Assembly: GCA_053919585.1 (NCBI GenBank)
Contig: CM132786.1
Strand: one strand, 5' to 3'
DNA from: Euprymna scolopes
Taxonomy: Eukaryota
Length of the DNA: 64,000 bases
In this document: piece after piece, positions 12,009 to 25,423 of the stretch
How the letters are laid out: each line of letters begins with the position of its first letter
Position numbering within the stretch: position 1 is the first letter of the stretch
The notes under the pieces: generated by a model
The model's input: only the letters and a program-made list of their open reading frames with translations
Told to the model about the DNA's origin: nothing
Database searches by the model: none
Position numbers and translations under genes: made by a program

Positions 12009-13389
12009 CGCAATGGTGTGAGAAAGTAACCTGTACTATAGGGGTACAGTAGTTTTTAATTGATAAGGAAATCAGCGAAATGTCACCGTATAAAGAAAAA
12101 GACAAAAATGGACATGTTAAAGGAGCTGAACTGAAGTACGTTATTAATATATATCGTCTCTTAAAGTGTGATTTTATCTTTTTCACTGAACCCAACCTTA
12201 CTTTCTGGGTATTAATCGATCTTATTTGGATCGATTCTATATTAAAAATACAAGGCACACTTGTTTTACAGAAATGTTAACAAACTCAGTTGCTGCATAT
12301 TAGATGGTTTCTGTCAAAACACACAAAAAGTACTGTAATTTTCAGCGCTATCCAGAAAAATATTAACTTCATCAAAACATTAATTCAACAATTTTCTTAG
12401 TCCATGGAATTTCCACGGGTCCGGGTAGTATTTAAATAATCATCTTTACTGCTAGATGGTCCATTAAAAGACATTTTCTTCGCGCATGAACAGGAGACAA
12501 TTATATTAAGAACATAGCCGTGAAATATAGTCATTAAAAACAAGATTTCTCAGATTCTTAAAGAAATAAGCGGCTCTGAGTTTATAATACGGATTCTGAC
12601 GAATAATCTGCTTAAGGAAATATATTTACATACGGAGTTTAATATTACTTTATTTGCTACTTTTTTAATACTTAAGTGTTTTTGTTGTTATTTAGTGTAT
12701 AATTCGACAGCTAAAATCGAATATTTATTTTATAAAAATTTTTAATAAATTTTGCGCCAGACATATATTACGTTTACAATAATCTCTACTTAAATTAAAA
12801 AGATACTTATATCTGTTAGTTGCACGGCAAAATAAGATTATATTACTGCGAATCCAATATATAAAGTGTATCTAATATTTTATCATTTAGCATAATCGCT
12901 CATACATGAAAGACGTGTTTTTTGACTGTCGTAAGTTACATTCTTTTATCAAGGAAATATGCCTCACATTGTCAAATAGAAAATAGTGCCCTTTAAGATC
13001 GCTCCGGAGATCCAATCAAAAGAAAAAAAAAGCGTCGTTTCTTCTATTTATAGCTATCCAGCGAAATCCACCTGTACTTTCTATTTAGGGGGAGTGGGGA
13101 TAACTCTTATCTATATGTTCCCCTCTCCTGCATGAGGACCGGATGAATAGTCATGCTCATATTTGCGGACCTCAAAAAAACTAGTGTGATTTTCCGGCGC
13201 TAAGTTTTTGGGTGCCATGGTTTTGCGACAGGAAGGTTGTCGTAACTGAAGAGGAATTACTTAGTGTGTACAACTTCGTTTCATCATCAACTTTCATTTC
13301 TTCTTCATCATCCTTGCTGATGTGCTGCACGGCCTCTACTGCTTCTTTATAAAATTTCAAGTACCTGGTGTTGGTCATTCCTAACCGGG

Positions 13390-14130
13390 TATATATTTAT
13401 GGAGAAATCGACGATTACGTAGTGCTACTCGATAACTCCGGTCTGTTCACACATTATCCCATGTGTCAACGATCATTTGTCTTCCTCCATCGACGTGCAT
13501 CGGTGCTGCCTTGGTTTCGGATCTAAACGTTTCTGATTAGAGTTGTAAGATAGGACGGCAATGTATGTTGTAGAATTGTTCTTTCCGCTTTTGTCTCTTC
13601 GCCATTACCATCTATCTTAGATTACCTATTTTTTTTCCATTGTTTCCACGTTTGATATTTATCACTAGGACTGGAAAGTGGTGTTTAATGTCTCGGGCGG
13701 GGTATGCCAAGGTCTTTGACGATGACGTGCGATGGCTTTGTAATGCCCGCTTAGCCCGATCCTGGCATAGGTGCCCATTGCTGTCTTTGTCGGCTTGTAT
13801 ACGTTTTAAGGTCCTAACATCTGACTGTGTGATCGCTTCTTTGAGCTTATTAATATCATGAGGAACGTTTACGCAGGCCCTAGTTATTTAAAAAGGAGTC
13901 TTACTCTGGGACACAAACGGTGGCCCTCTATCCGAAAATATTTTTTGCGCTGCACTGTAAGTATAGAAGCAAGTTCATTTTGACTCTTAATGGCGTCATT
14001 AGGGTCACTACCACCCATCCAGTATATCGATCTGCGTACACCAAAAGTTACTATCCTGTATATCGACTAAGTCGACCACTACATAGCGGAATAGAAATTC
14101 AGGGTGTGTTGATGACATCAAGAGCTCCAT
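13390..14130 (-). mobile_element. Degraded Ty3/Gypsy integrase and pol C-terminus
   Basis: Minus strand with frameshifts reads PEFLFRYVVVDLVDIQ, VYADRYTGWV, KIFSDRGPPFVSQ, VRTLKRIQADKDSNGHLCQDRAKRALQSHR, DLGI and RVALRNRRFLHK, the gypsy integrase motifs in the expected order. Confidence 0.8.
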
Positions 14131-15100
14131 GTATAAAATGTTATAACTGATTTACAAGTCATGGAGAGCCAAACGAGATAGGAGCGCCGCGCTTTTTATT
14201 TTTTACTAATAATAGCACCCCAACCTGGACAGAATAATCGTTGTCTTACATTCGGCATATATAAACAGTTTCTCTAATGGGGCGACTAAAGAACACAATA
14301 ATAGAAGCGATAGTTATATATAATTATAAAAATTTCGATCAAATAGAATATTTCTGTTAACTACACTGGAATCACAGTACATAGTGCTTCGCAAATATGT
14401 GTCTTAAGACTTAAATCATTTGCAAATCATGTTCACATTTGAGAGTATGCACACACGTATTCATGTTTTAGACTGTTTTAATGCAATGTTTATTTTAAAA
14501 AAATATACTCCAACGTAAATTTCTTTTAAAACATTGAATATACAAGCAGAATTTTATGAGTAGACAATATATATTTATACAAGGAAATCTAGTACACGGC
14601 TTCCTCTCACGATATCAGCATCAGGATCAACGTAGAATATCGATTTCTTTTTTTTACCGAGTGTGAGTTACAAAATTCAATTGCATTTTAGCTTGCTTTA
14701 CCTCTTGGAAACACGTTTATATTCTCATGACATTAAAATCTAATTAAAAGCGTGCGCATAATATAGAGATTTCGCCACATTGCTTCCGAGAGATAATAGG
14801 TTTATGCGCTTCTTTCTGAACATAACTGTGGCTGATCAGTTTTCTCGATTTTGATTCGATTATAAATCTTCTAACGAATGTCTTGAGGACAGTAATTCGA
14901 TGGCGCTTAAAAGAAAAAAAATATTTTATGTCACTTCTAATGTTCCGTAATTTTCTCTTTTCATCGTTTGAAAACGTATAATTTAATTATCAATCGATGT
15001 GAAAGAATAAAGTATGAACTTATTGGTTTGAAAAAAAATAAAGGATAGCTAAGTATAAGAACATTTGAGGTCAAAAATAAAAGAATACACGTGGCAGAAA

Positions 15101-15136
<36 letters not shown>

Positions 15137-16335
15137 GACAGAGATACATAAACTGAAACGTGCATGCATCATAGTTATATTGAATAAGAGAAAACTATCA
15201 CCTAATGTCTCAACTATGTTTGCTTCCATTCAAAACAACCTCTACGTTTGTATTTTTGGCTGATCGCAAATATTTGTATTTTTGACCAATGACGCTTATT
15301 TCTTACGCAAACAGAAAATGAAACAAACTGGTCGAATTCAGTCGCCGCTCAAACATGCATCGATGAAAGACGGAACATGTATTCCTTTTTTAAAAGAAAA
15401 GCAAAATAAAATTTTATCTATAGTTTCTTACAACTCAACAAAAAAATTACTTGATGTATTAATCAATATCTACCAGACAATATGCGCATAAATGCAATCT
15501 TCAAACGGTATTTGCATGAACTATATACTTATATCATTTATCAAGAAGAGAAAAACAAGAAAGTAAAATTAGTTTAAGCCGTGAATTGTGATGTAAACAT
15601 CGCGGTTTACTTGACGCACGTATCACTTGTTTTTGCTTGACACGGACTTCTCTTATTGTACCTATCGGAATATATTTATTTTATGCTGTATCTGTATTGT
15701 TATACCTTCGACTATGCAATAGGAGGTCACCAAATATTTTGGCAAATATCCACTAGAATACAAGTGTTAATAAATGATGAGAAAACGATTGTAAATCGGA
15801 AAACGAGAAACATTTGTTCATGTACGAACTGCAAATAATTATACACGTGCAAGATGTTTTATACATATTAATTCTTTATATACTTTAATGAATTACAGAT
15901 ATAAACATGAGGCGAATTTTGCAAGTTCGGGGTAGATTGGTGCGCCATCTAGTAACCTACCTATTAAATTTATTTTTTTTTCCTCGCTTTGATACTGATA
16001 TTAAAAGAATACCCTTTCTATTAAAAAAATAATATACTCATTCAATATATGAGTGACTATGAGGGTTGTAAAACTTGCAAATTCCTTTGCAAAGAGATCT
16101 CACATTAATTATTCATTTTGTATGTTTCATTTGATGATTTATTTCTTATAATTAGTAAGATTTTTCGGTATAGTTTCTAGATAGTGTATAATGGGATGGA
16201 AACTGTCCAGCACAGTGAAATGTTTATATATATATATATATATATGGTGTATGGGTCTCTACAACACTTGATTTAGTTTTTAGCCTGTAATAATAGATGT
16301 AAAGGGGGTTTACAATTAATATATATATATATACA

Positions 16336-17078
16336 CTAGTAATGCCGCCTGGCATTTCACGGTCGTAAAATACGCTTTAATATAATATTTTGATTGATGA
16401 AATTTTCGTATTAATCATATTATATTGAACTCAATATATAGTAAATCCTGTAAGTGTAAAAAATGACTCATGCGCCCCAACTAAGAATCGATATCAAAAC
16501 GTTTAGCTTACGATTTACTTTTTCCTTTGACATTAATATCTGAGCTAGGAAGACATGTTTGCTGCATGAACCAATAGTTAGTACGCTACACAAGCATATT
16601 CGTAATGCCATCGTTTGACGTTCACCTGGCAAATTGTTTTTTTTTTGAAATTTTCAATTTTCTACCGATTTTCCCCGACTAAAACCCCAAATAAAGTTTC
16701 CTATGTGTTTGAATAAACTCTATATTAAGATTCATGTCTGTAGACCCAACACTTACAGGAGTTTGGAAGCAAACTTTTTAAACAAATAAAATGAATAGTA
16801 AATATATGTATAGAAAGGCGTGTGCTTACTATGACCTTTTTAGTCATGTATAAATCATGTAGAATATCTGCATGAATATAATTACACGTAACAGTAAACT
16901 AAGATCATGTAAAAAACAAAGAAACAAAAAAACTAATAAAACTACTAGGGGCTTAATTAAAATGAATGTGTAAAAGAATATGCAACTTTGCTTGATCTTT
17001 TGTAGATGAGGGCAATTCCACGACCTATATACCACGACAGAGTATTTTCTTTTGAAATAAATTGAAAACAAGGGGTTT
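16336..17078 (-). mobile_element. Helitron-like element, family C (uninterrupted homolog of the host at 30654-33372)
   Basis: CTAG terminus. Shares ttcacctggcaaatt and gtataaatcatgtagaatatctgcatgaatataattacacgtaa with the two flanks of the mariner at 31241. Confidence 0.65.
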
Positions 17079-17084
17079 TAATAC

Positions 17085-17670
17085 GATTAACGCATACGAT
17101 TTTAATACGAGATTTGACATAATGGGTATTGACATTTGGGAAAATCTTTTTAATCGGTTTTCGGCAAGAAAAGTTGCTGTCATGTGGTCAAAGTTCAACG
17201 ATTTGACCTTTGAAAACTACCAAATTCTTCCGTCAATTTTAGGTTTACACACTTCAAATTTTAGATGTAAGTTACTTGGACATGGATCAAACTTTTTATA
17301 AGAGTTGAACCACAAAAACTAAATGCTAAGGAGTGCAAATTGGGTTTAAAATAAATTGACTTCCGCCGTCTCTACCAAACTATTCAGCCCATTTTGGGTC
17401 TAAATAGTTGAAATTTTTCATAAAGGGTATTCAGACATGCAACAAGCTTTTTAATAAGTTTTTGGGCGAAATTTTTGTCGGGAAAAAATTAAAGTTGAAA
17501 GAGTATACCTTGCAGATTTTACCAAACTCCTCCGCCAATTTTGGGTCTAAACACTTGAAATTTTAGAAGTATGTTACCTTGACACGAGTCAACCCTTTTA
17601 ATATATATACATATGCACATAAAATTTAAACAGTACATAGGGCTCGAGCAAAGTAGGGCTGAACTGCTAG
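17085..17670 (+). mobile_element. Helitron-like element, family A
   Basis: Reverse-complement homology to 48960-49830. Ends ctcgagcaaagtagggctgaactgCTAG followed by (TA)n. Confidence 0.65.
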
Positions 17671-17699
17671 TATATATATATATATATATATATATTTAC

Positions 17700-18032
17700 A
17701 GTTGACCTTAATCGACTATGTTCTAGGCATGCGAGCATGTGCATTTTATACTTGTAGTTCTTTCATTTTTATCGTGTTTTTATCCATCTGGCAATACGTC
17801 AGATGGTTACGACAGAAGGTAAATCTATACAATCACGAGTATCACTGTTTTTTTTTTTCGATTTCACCGGATGGCACCGAAATCTGTTTTAACTTGCGAG
17901 AAAATAACGTAATATATCGATTGATCATCGTAAATGAATTTGCTCTAGAATAAGAAGTACGAAATCTGCATGAATTAAAATATCATATTTAAGCATATTT
18001 TGAGACCGGGCAACGCCGGGCGGTCTGTTAAC
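17700..18032 (+). mobile_element. Helitron-like 3' fragment
   Basis: Terminal hairpin ccgggcaacgccggg followed by a degenerate CTAG. Confidence 0.4.
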
Positions 18033-19069
18033 AATATATAAATTCGAATTAACTTATTTTGGAACACTTAAAAATGTTTTTCCTGTTTTATTATATATCA
18101 TATATACTATTAACTATTTTTCTATTACATATTATATGACGGCCAAAGAGAAAAGTTCAGATTATTAGCCAAAAGAACATATCTTATCTAATGTATCAAT
18201 ATTTAAGTGTTTGCTAAAAACTGAATTTTACACATTAAGTTAGATATATTAGACAAAGTGACATCCTATTAATAGAAAACGTTAGAAAATAAAGCTAACG
18301 TGTCAGAAATTACGTCATAATCTTAAGTTGTAACAAAAAAATCTAAGCTAGTTTTATTTTCTATTGGCTACAATTAATAGGCATCTTTCTTAGAGTGCGG
18401 GGATTCAAAGCAATATTGAATATTCTGAAAGAAAATGGTTACTTAAGAATAAATAAAAAAGAAATGTCAGCGATGTTGAAATTATAGTAAACCTTAGAAC
18501 TGTTAGGTAGACGGCTGGCAATAAGGTAATGACTGATCTATTTGAAAAGGAGACACTGATGATCATTGCGATTGCTAAAACAATCCCTAAACTATCAATA
18601 CAGCATTGTTTATGAAAAGTCAAAAAAGTGACAATTGGCAAACTGTTAGAACCAGACACAAAATAGCAAGGGTTAGTTCTGATAAAGAGAAAGATTATCT
18701 TTTTTTTTCAAGTCTCTTACTTATTAGTATATTTTCAAAACTAAACTATCCTATCGAATATAAAAAATAAAAAAACAACCCTCGAACTAAAATACACTTT
18801 TTTCCCTGCCTTTAAACTAAGATAAATATATACAATCTGTTTTATTAAATAATTGTAAGATACTATTGTGGAATCGTTTTTCATGCATTCTTCTGAAATC
18901 CTTACTGCTGACTTTTTTGTCCTACCTTGGTCTGTTCACAACTAACAAAAATGTGGCATATTCTTTCTTGCTGATAATCGTATGTCGTTATTGTTCGTTC
19001 TTAACAGTGCTTCAGGTGTTGGCTGGATCCATTTCCATGAAAAACACGGTACAAGAGTAGTAGAATAAA

Positions 19070-19143
19070 ATGAACGAGGAACAGATATTGGGTAGAAAAC
19101 AAATATCTAGGCATATTTTCATATGAAATGAGATTTTGAATAT

Positions 19144-19207
<64 letters not shown>

Positions 19208-19440
19208 CAGAAAAAATCTCTTGGACCCGAGACGTCTTTCATCATACTCGTCAGGGGCAAACGATGGCATTTTGATATTTTTTTTTAAAAAAGAAACTGG
19301 GGGCAAAAAATAAAATTAATGGTGGAAATAAATACGACTGATAATGATTATAAAATATATAATATATAAAATATATAATGAGCGAGGAACAGACATTGAG
19401 TAGAAAACAAATATTTAGAAATATGAAATAAAATTTTGAC
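19070..19440 (-). mobile_element. Penelope pLTR / retrozyme-like partial tandem unit
   Basis: Direct repeats tga(a/g)cgaggaacaga..ttg.gtagaaaacaaatat at ~19071 and ~19379 flank a hammerhead motif and a (TA)n tract. Confidence 0.55.
19226..19257 (-). ncRNA. Minimal type I hammerhead ribozyme motif
   Basis: Minus strand: ccc CTGACGA gtatgat GAAA gacgtc TC ggg. Core is complete and stem III is palindromic, but stem II is weak. Confidence 0.6.
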
Positions 19441-19475
19441 ACGAGAGTGACTATAATATGTATATGTTATAAATA

Positions 19476-20207
19476 CTAGCAAAAGTACCCGTCGTTGACT
19501 GGGTTCAAAAACAAGCTACAGAAGATGGACTCTGATTTATGAAAGTATGATAGGTTATGAAAAGGAAGGGTTCTAAAGAGATAGCTTCGAATTTGGGGGC
19601 ATCAAAACCAAAACAAAATATGATGAAAGTAAAAATAAAATAGATAAACCCCATAATTTATTATACCATACCTGTTCACACTGAAACACTTATCACAATA
19701 TTTTGTGGATGTATATTAAAAATCCTAGTTAAACTTTGTGACATATTTCCATTCTATGGAGGTCAGGTGCGAACGAACACCCCATAATTTTATTATACCA
19801 TATTTCTTCAAACTGAAACATAATTAGAAAAGATAAATCTTAAACGTCTTTATTAAAGTGCGTGACTATTTCCATTCTATGAAGGCCCGGCGCAAACGCA
19901 GAACCCACAATTTTATTGTACAATCCTTATATGAGTTAAAACATACTTATCAAAGTATTCTTATGTACATACATATCAAAAACCCTTGTAAACGTTTTTT
20001 TTTCATTTTTTATTTCCATACTTTGGGGGACAGGTGCGAACGCAGACCCCACAATTTTTATGACCCGCCGTTTGCCAGATCAAACATACCCATTCCTGAT
20101 CCTCGATACATCTTCTATCGTTATAGGTAATTAGTGTTTTAAAATAGTCAACCATGTAGGAGCCTATTCGTGACCATACACACACACAGACTTTCGGCTT
20201 ATATATA
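19476..20207 (-). mobile_element. Helitron-like element with ~130-bp internal tandem repeats
   Basis: CTAG plus hairpin cccgtcgttgactggg at one end and a cacacagactttcggcttatata end at the other. accc(c)a(c/t)aatttt units recur near 19648, 19779, 19903 and 20046. Confidence 0.6.
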
Positions 20208-20279
20208 TATGTATATGTGTGTGTGTGTGTGTGTGTGTTACATTTGCAGAGAAAATCAACGTCGTCGAGATTGAATCAG

Positions 20280-21003
20280 GATCAATGAATATTTCACATT
20301 TATTTTTCATCGAAATCGGTGAAAAAGCTTATTTTTCAATCAAATAGATTGATCGTTTGCTACAGTTAGGGACCAATAAAATTCAATATACCTCCTCCCA
20401 GTTAGGCAGTCCCCAATAAATTCTAGCTTATGTTGTACTGTAGAGAACCTTTTTTTTCTTATAAAATTATTTTACATATCAATAGCTGGAATTAAAGTAG
20501 AAAATGTAAGTTAAATATCATGGTTCAATTGTGCTCCAAACATAAAAACATTCAATTCGAAATTGCGTCTCTCATATCAAAGGATCTATTGTTGATTTTA
20601 TATGTATGGCCTTTCTGCTTGTGCTTTGATGATCGTTTGAATTTTAGGTTAACATGAAAAAGTCACGTATCATGTTTCGATCGGGCTTTAAACGGAAAGA
20701 TTCATTTCGATCGGGCAGTTTTCATTTCAAAAAACATACTAATTTTATATGCTGGAAATTTCTTATTGTGGGATAATAAAACTTCTCAAATGCACCCGTG
20801 ATGTTCCGCTTTGGTCAAAATCGGCTGTTCCGGATTTCATAGAATTTTTTCGATTTTCAATACTCATCATACAAACCTCTCTGAAATAACTGCCATATAC
20901 ATTAAGTACATCTGTGCTTAATTTATAAAAATCGGACCAGTTGTTTTGGAGTTTATAAGGAACGAACTCGCATACACTAAATTTCTTTTCCATAATAGTA
21001 GAT
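20280..21003 (-). mobile_element. Helitron-like element, family B
   Basis: tttatttttcatcgaaatcg...gattgat.gtttgct..agttagggacc is shared with 54887 and 60585, and inverted at ~28300. Confidence 0.55.
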
Positions 21004-21451
21004 ATTTCTACTCGTCCTACGAAAATCAAGTATGCCTTTTCATATCAGCCGTGTGTTCAATGAATCAAGAGAAATAAAATCGCATTTTTTCTATGATACA
21101 ACTTAAATGTTTCGCCAAGTTTTTTTCTTTCTGCTCAAAGTACACCATATGCCCTACTGGCAATGCACGGTTCATTTCCTTATCGCTGTCTAATGGCATT
21201 TTCTTTTTATTTTAACTGTCTACTATTACCAATTAAGGAATTAATGACCATTTCGCTTCCGGGTCTGATTTTATAAGTTGCTATTTTTTGTATATGCGTA
21301 TTATATATCGACATGGACAATTTTACATAAATATATCATATATATAAATATATCATATATATATAAATACATCATATATATAAATATATCATTATATATA
21401 TATATATATATATATTGTCGTGCATCTGTGCAAATTCTCTTCATTTTAATT

Positions 21452-21760
21452 AAACACCAGTCTGGGTGCCCTGCCTTGCCCATGTACTTGGAGGTGTGTG
21501 TGAAGCCAAAAAAAAAAAAAAAGTGGTAGTAGGCAGGTAGGCTCGAACTCGTACCGCAAAGGAGGAAAAGAACGTCAAAAAAAAAACATGACGTCTTAAC
21601 GATTTTGGCGATGGACAAAAAGGCTAAGGACGAATGATTTAAGTTAGGCTAGTCAATCGAAAAGAGGGGTTGACTTTCGAAAATATCGGCGAAAACAGCA
21701 AGATCCCCTTTTTAATAGTCGGACGTTGGATCATCTTTCACCGCAAATGTTTTTAAAATT
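21452..21760 (-). mobile_element. Helitron-like family A fragment
   Basis: ttggaggtgt...gccaaaaa...gctcgaac.cgtaccg..aggaggaaaagaacg...ggctag.caatcgaaaagagg is homologous to 48990-49200. Confidence 0.6.
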
Positions 21761-22423
21761 TTCATTTACATCTAATTACGTGGAAATATGAGTTTCTATT
21801 CAGGAATTATACAGGCAACATTAAGCCAAACTCACAAGATTTAAACAAAATATACTAGCTAAAATACTAATAGGGCAGCATCCTAGTAGCATTTGATATA
21901 TTAAACAGAAACTCATGTATAACATCAAAGTTAACAAAATAGTATTTGTTTTCTATAGCCATTACAAGTGTAATGTCTCCTATTTTTTATTCCGCCTAAA
22001 TGGATTAGAGGGCATTGCAACTGGCATAGCTACGAGGGCTAAACATATGCATTCAGAACCTGAAAGTTTCATTTTTTTAATGCAAATAACGACGGTATAA
22101 GGCTAAAATACAGCACCTGTCATAAACCTACCTCAGAAGCATAAATGCGTCATTGAATTCCTGGCAAAATGCATTGAGAAATTTTAGTGACTATGGGTAA
22201 AAATAAATTCTGGAGCACAAAGAGTCGCTGGTTGGTACCGCTTCACTCTTCGTAGCTCTACAACGTTTTGAGTCAAAAATAGGAGTTTTCATTTTTGGAT
22301 CACTTTATATCTTTAATATTAAAGTGTGTATTATTTAATTGTATGAAAAATTTGATAATCTACATATAAAAATAGGTAATTTTTTGGCAAAGAAAACAAT
22401 CCGTCTCTGTTTTATCGTTATTT

Positions 22424-22833
22424 TCATAGCAAGTGCTCGCCTGAGCCCCAATCCATGGCCCCCCTCCGCTCGCCAAACATTCACGAGAAATACTCGCTTG
22501 ACTGTAAACACTAATAATAATTTCCCACACTCTTTATCTGTGCCTAAACCTAAACGTATATTCCATGAACAAAGCTCCTTTATAAGAAATGCACACGTGT
22601 GGAACTATCTTCCCTTTACCTGCTTTCCAGCTGACTACAATATGGTCGTCTTCAAGTCCAATGTAAACAAGTTCTTGATGACCCATCCTCCTTAAATAAT
22701 CCAATTTACTAAAATTACATTTCTAACGATTACTATGATATTGTCCTTTCGAGCACTGCACACTCATTTCTTTTACGCTTATCAACGACTGGCCTCTGGG
22801 CTTTGATAAGTGGTGATTCCTCTATTGAAAAAA
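22424..22833 (+). mobile_element. 3' end of a CR1/Jockey-type LINE with 3' UTR and A-tail
   Basis: The ORF 22339 tail FTRNTRL...FPHSLSVP...SSFIRNAHVWNYLPFTCFPADYNMVVFKSNVNKFL is the conserved ORF2 C-terminus. Confidence 0.75.
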
Positions 22834-22859
22834 TGTAACTCCTAAGTATTCCATTGACG

Positions 22860-23089
22860 AAGAATATGCCTGACGACCAACCACTTGAAGGCCAGAGGAA
22901 TAGTTGGCCGAAACGTCGTGTCACAATAAGTAAATGAACAAATAAATATACACACATATTATTCAGTCGCATTCATTATTGATATGACTTATTTATGAAT
23001 TTATTTATTGTGGACGATATTATTCTCATCTTTCTTAGCTGTTGCTTCACGACGTTTCGCCCACCTATACCTCTGGACTTCGTCAGGTG

Positions 23090-23092
<3 letters not shown>
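22860..23092. mobile_element. Inverted pair of Penelope pLTR-like fragments
   Basis: The plus arm ggccagaggaatagttggccgaaacgtcgtg faces the minus arm agtccagaggtataggtgggcgaaacgtcgtg. A related copy lies at 52424. Confidence 0.6.
23048..23089 (-). ncRNA. Minimal type I hammerhead ribozyme motif
   Basis: Minus strand: cac CTGACGA a gtcca-loop-tgggc GAAA cg TC gtg. Confidence 0.75.
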
Positions 23093-23130
<38 letters not shown>

Positions 23131-23766
23131 GATCATTCTTTGTATTGTTTCTGGTCAAAATAAAAATAAATATAAAATAATACGGTTACTATTTTTCCTA
23201 ATATATGAAAAAATATATAGATAAATAAAATATAAAAAGATAAACTATTATTAAGCATGTTTCAGATTACAAGATCCATTCTGCGACATGTTAACTAGCA
23301 TCAAAAATGCTATGAGACTAAAAATGCATAAAAGCTTAAGTACCTTTGATACCAGAAAGACAAATAGACAAGAGGAAGGAAACCTAGCCATACATATCTA
23401 AAAACCCAATATATAGTCCAAAGAAACTTTGAATAAAAAAACGCAAAAATAAAAATTAAGAATGCAGTTCAGATTCCAGGAAGTAAAAATATATTAATTT
23501 TAAACTATCGCAGATTGAGCGCCTACATAATTCGATTTCTTAGAAGTTTATAATGACTGAAAAGAATTCGTTTATATATGGATTAAAAAAAAAGCATTAA
23601 CTAAAATTGTTAAATAGAAATAGACTTAGCATTTGCATAAGCCGATTTTCGCCATTAAGCTTTTATTTAAAAATAGACAAAAGGGGGTAAAAATATATGA
23701 GTTACGATTGAGAATATTATGCAAGTGTGGAAGTTTTATGGAATAAGGACCACAAGCGGTGTGATA

Positions 23767-23814
<48 letters not shown>

Positions 23815-24328
23815 TAAATAGATGTAAATATATATCATTCGAGTACCATTTTTATAGGCGATTATATAAACATTCTAGAAAAAAATCCACAGGTAATTTA
23901 TAAGCACGATTGATACTGAATAAAAATTAAAAGGTTTACACCGAACAAACTGAAGCAGAATATTTAAATACATCATTTAAAAAAGTTCTGCACTTATTTG
24001 GTCTTTTTTGCGCGTGTGGGTGGGTGGGTGCGTGCGCGTGTGTGTGTGTCTGTGTCTGTGCGTCATTATTTTTCATTGTTCCACGGTTTCTAAAATATTA
24101 GGTTGTAAATTAAAGTGCTTCATTAGATTATTCAGCTATATCTTCACGGAAATAATTCCATGACTTTGATAAAATTTGAACGTCTATTACTAACACGTGT
24201 CGCTAATCGTATTTCTATATGTATGTTTGATTAATTTGATGTCGTACAGTTCCGTTTTGCATTCACCCTTATCTAATATATATTATTTGAAATCAGATGT
24301 ATTGAATAGATCAGAAATGGATACTCAC

Positions 24329-24790
24329 CCAACATAAACATGCTACCGTGACAGTGTATTGGTTTTTCTCACCCACCACTTTGTAATAACGACCACTCTG
24401 TATTCATCTCGTCATTAGATAGCTATATATCGGCATCGTTACACAACTATATCAACTAAAATAATCCGGACAACACCGTTTAAATTTTACAGTGAAAAGA
24501 GAACAGAAATAGCGCATGAGACAATCCCGGCCGCCCAACATGGTTTTGAAATGAAGTCCTTGATAATTTCTTTTTTTCCGTCTCCTATACCAATTAAGTT
24601 TTTCTCTGTTCGTTCTGTGTTATTTGAAGTTGAGAAAGGTTTATTTTACTTTGTTTAAACTTATGTAAGAGTTCCCCAGTCCAGATGGATCTAGTGTCCT
24701 ATTTGTAATAAGTTTTGTAACGACGACTGGATACTCCAGTATGAGGTAATCCCATCACCAGAAATCAGACCCTCTCTTATTCACTGATCG
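24329..24790 (-). other. Possible first (mostly 5'-UTR) exon of a minus-strand gene
   Basis: Non-repetitive sequence ending in TTGG|GTGAGT (donor at 24328). ATG TTT ATG TTG G lies just before the donor, and an Inr-like TCAGT is near 24785. No downstream exon identified. Confidence 0.25.
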
Positions 24791-25080
24791 TTACCTCACA
24801 GTTATCATGAGGATATTGTGCAACAATAATTGCCTCATTTTTGGTAAACACAGCATACTTTAAAATCACAAACGTATTACAAATACCCTAAATACCCAAT
24901 CACCAAATTTAGAGAATGCCTCCTTACATTGAAAAAATAATAGAAATATTGTATGACTCAGTACATATTCAACAAAACATTAACATGCACCCGTGACAGT
25001 GTATTTTGTAATATATGTGTGTGTGCGCGCGCGTATACGATCAAGCAAATAATTTTTCCTCGAAACCATGTTTTACAGGA

Positions 25081-25423
25081 TTATTGGTTGGTTGTTTTTG
25101 TTTTACGGCATATCAACCCTTTTCGGGTAATTTAATGCCGAATCCAAAGATTCGGAAGAAAATTTTTTTAATAGAATATATTTGTTGTTTTCACGTGAGT
25201 TTCTATTAAACCCATAGTTGGAACCCTAATAGGCACTACCACTCCGGGTCAGAGTGGACCTGGGAGCAATGGTAATTAAAGGGTGGCTCCACACTCCCCA
25301 AAGCCCACAAGCTGTGGCCTCACCACTGGATATAGTTTAAGGTCATATCCAGGAACCCCAATTGAGGGACTTTTACCCTCTGCAGGGGGGCAGTCGGCGT
25401 ATTCTAATGCCCCACCGACAGGC
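25081..25423 (-). mobile_element. SINE-like retroelement, copy 2 (full length)
   Basis: Perfect 15-bp TSD ccatgttttacagga (25066-25080 / 25424-25438) and an (AACC)n-type tail. Confidence 0.9.

Noticed and set aside
13181-13378. 65-aa acidic ORF
   Set aside because: It lies immediately downstream of the gypsy integrase remnant on the same strand and is most likely the variable pol tail.
18500-18660. Tc1-like HTH (MTDLFEKE...IAKTIPKLSIQHCL)
   Set aside because: Short, with no TIR or catalytic motifs, so too weak to call.
19001-19306. YI-repeat ORFs here and at other TA tracts
   Set aside because: (TA)n translations.
19640-20065. CRISPR-like periodic repeats
   Set aside because: Whole ~130-bp units are homologous with no unique spacers, there are no cas genes, and the context is eukaryotic. 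These are Helitron internal repeats.
25230-25275. HDV-like ribozyme in the SINE-like body
   Set aside because: Could not place P1/P2 in the required nested order. ccactctg/cggagtgg is a simple hairpin.
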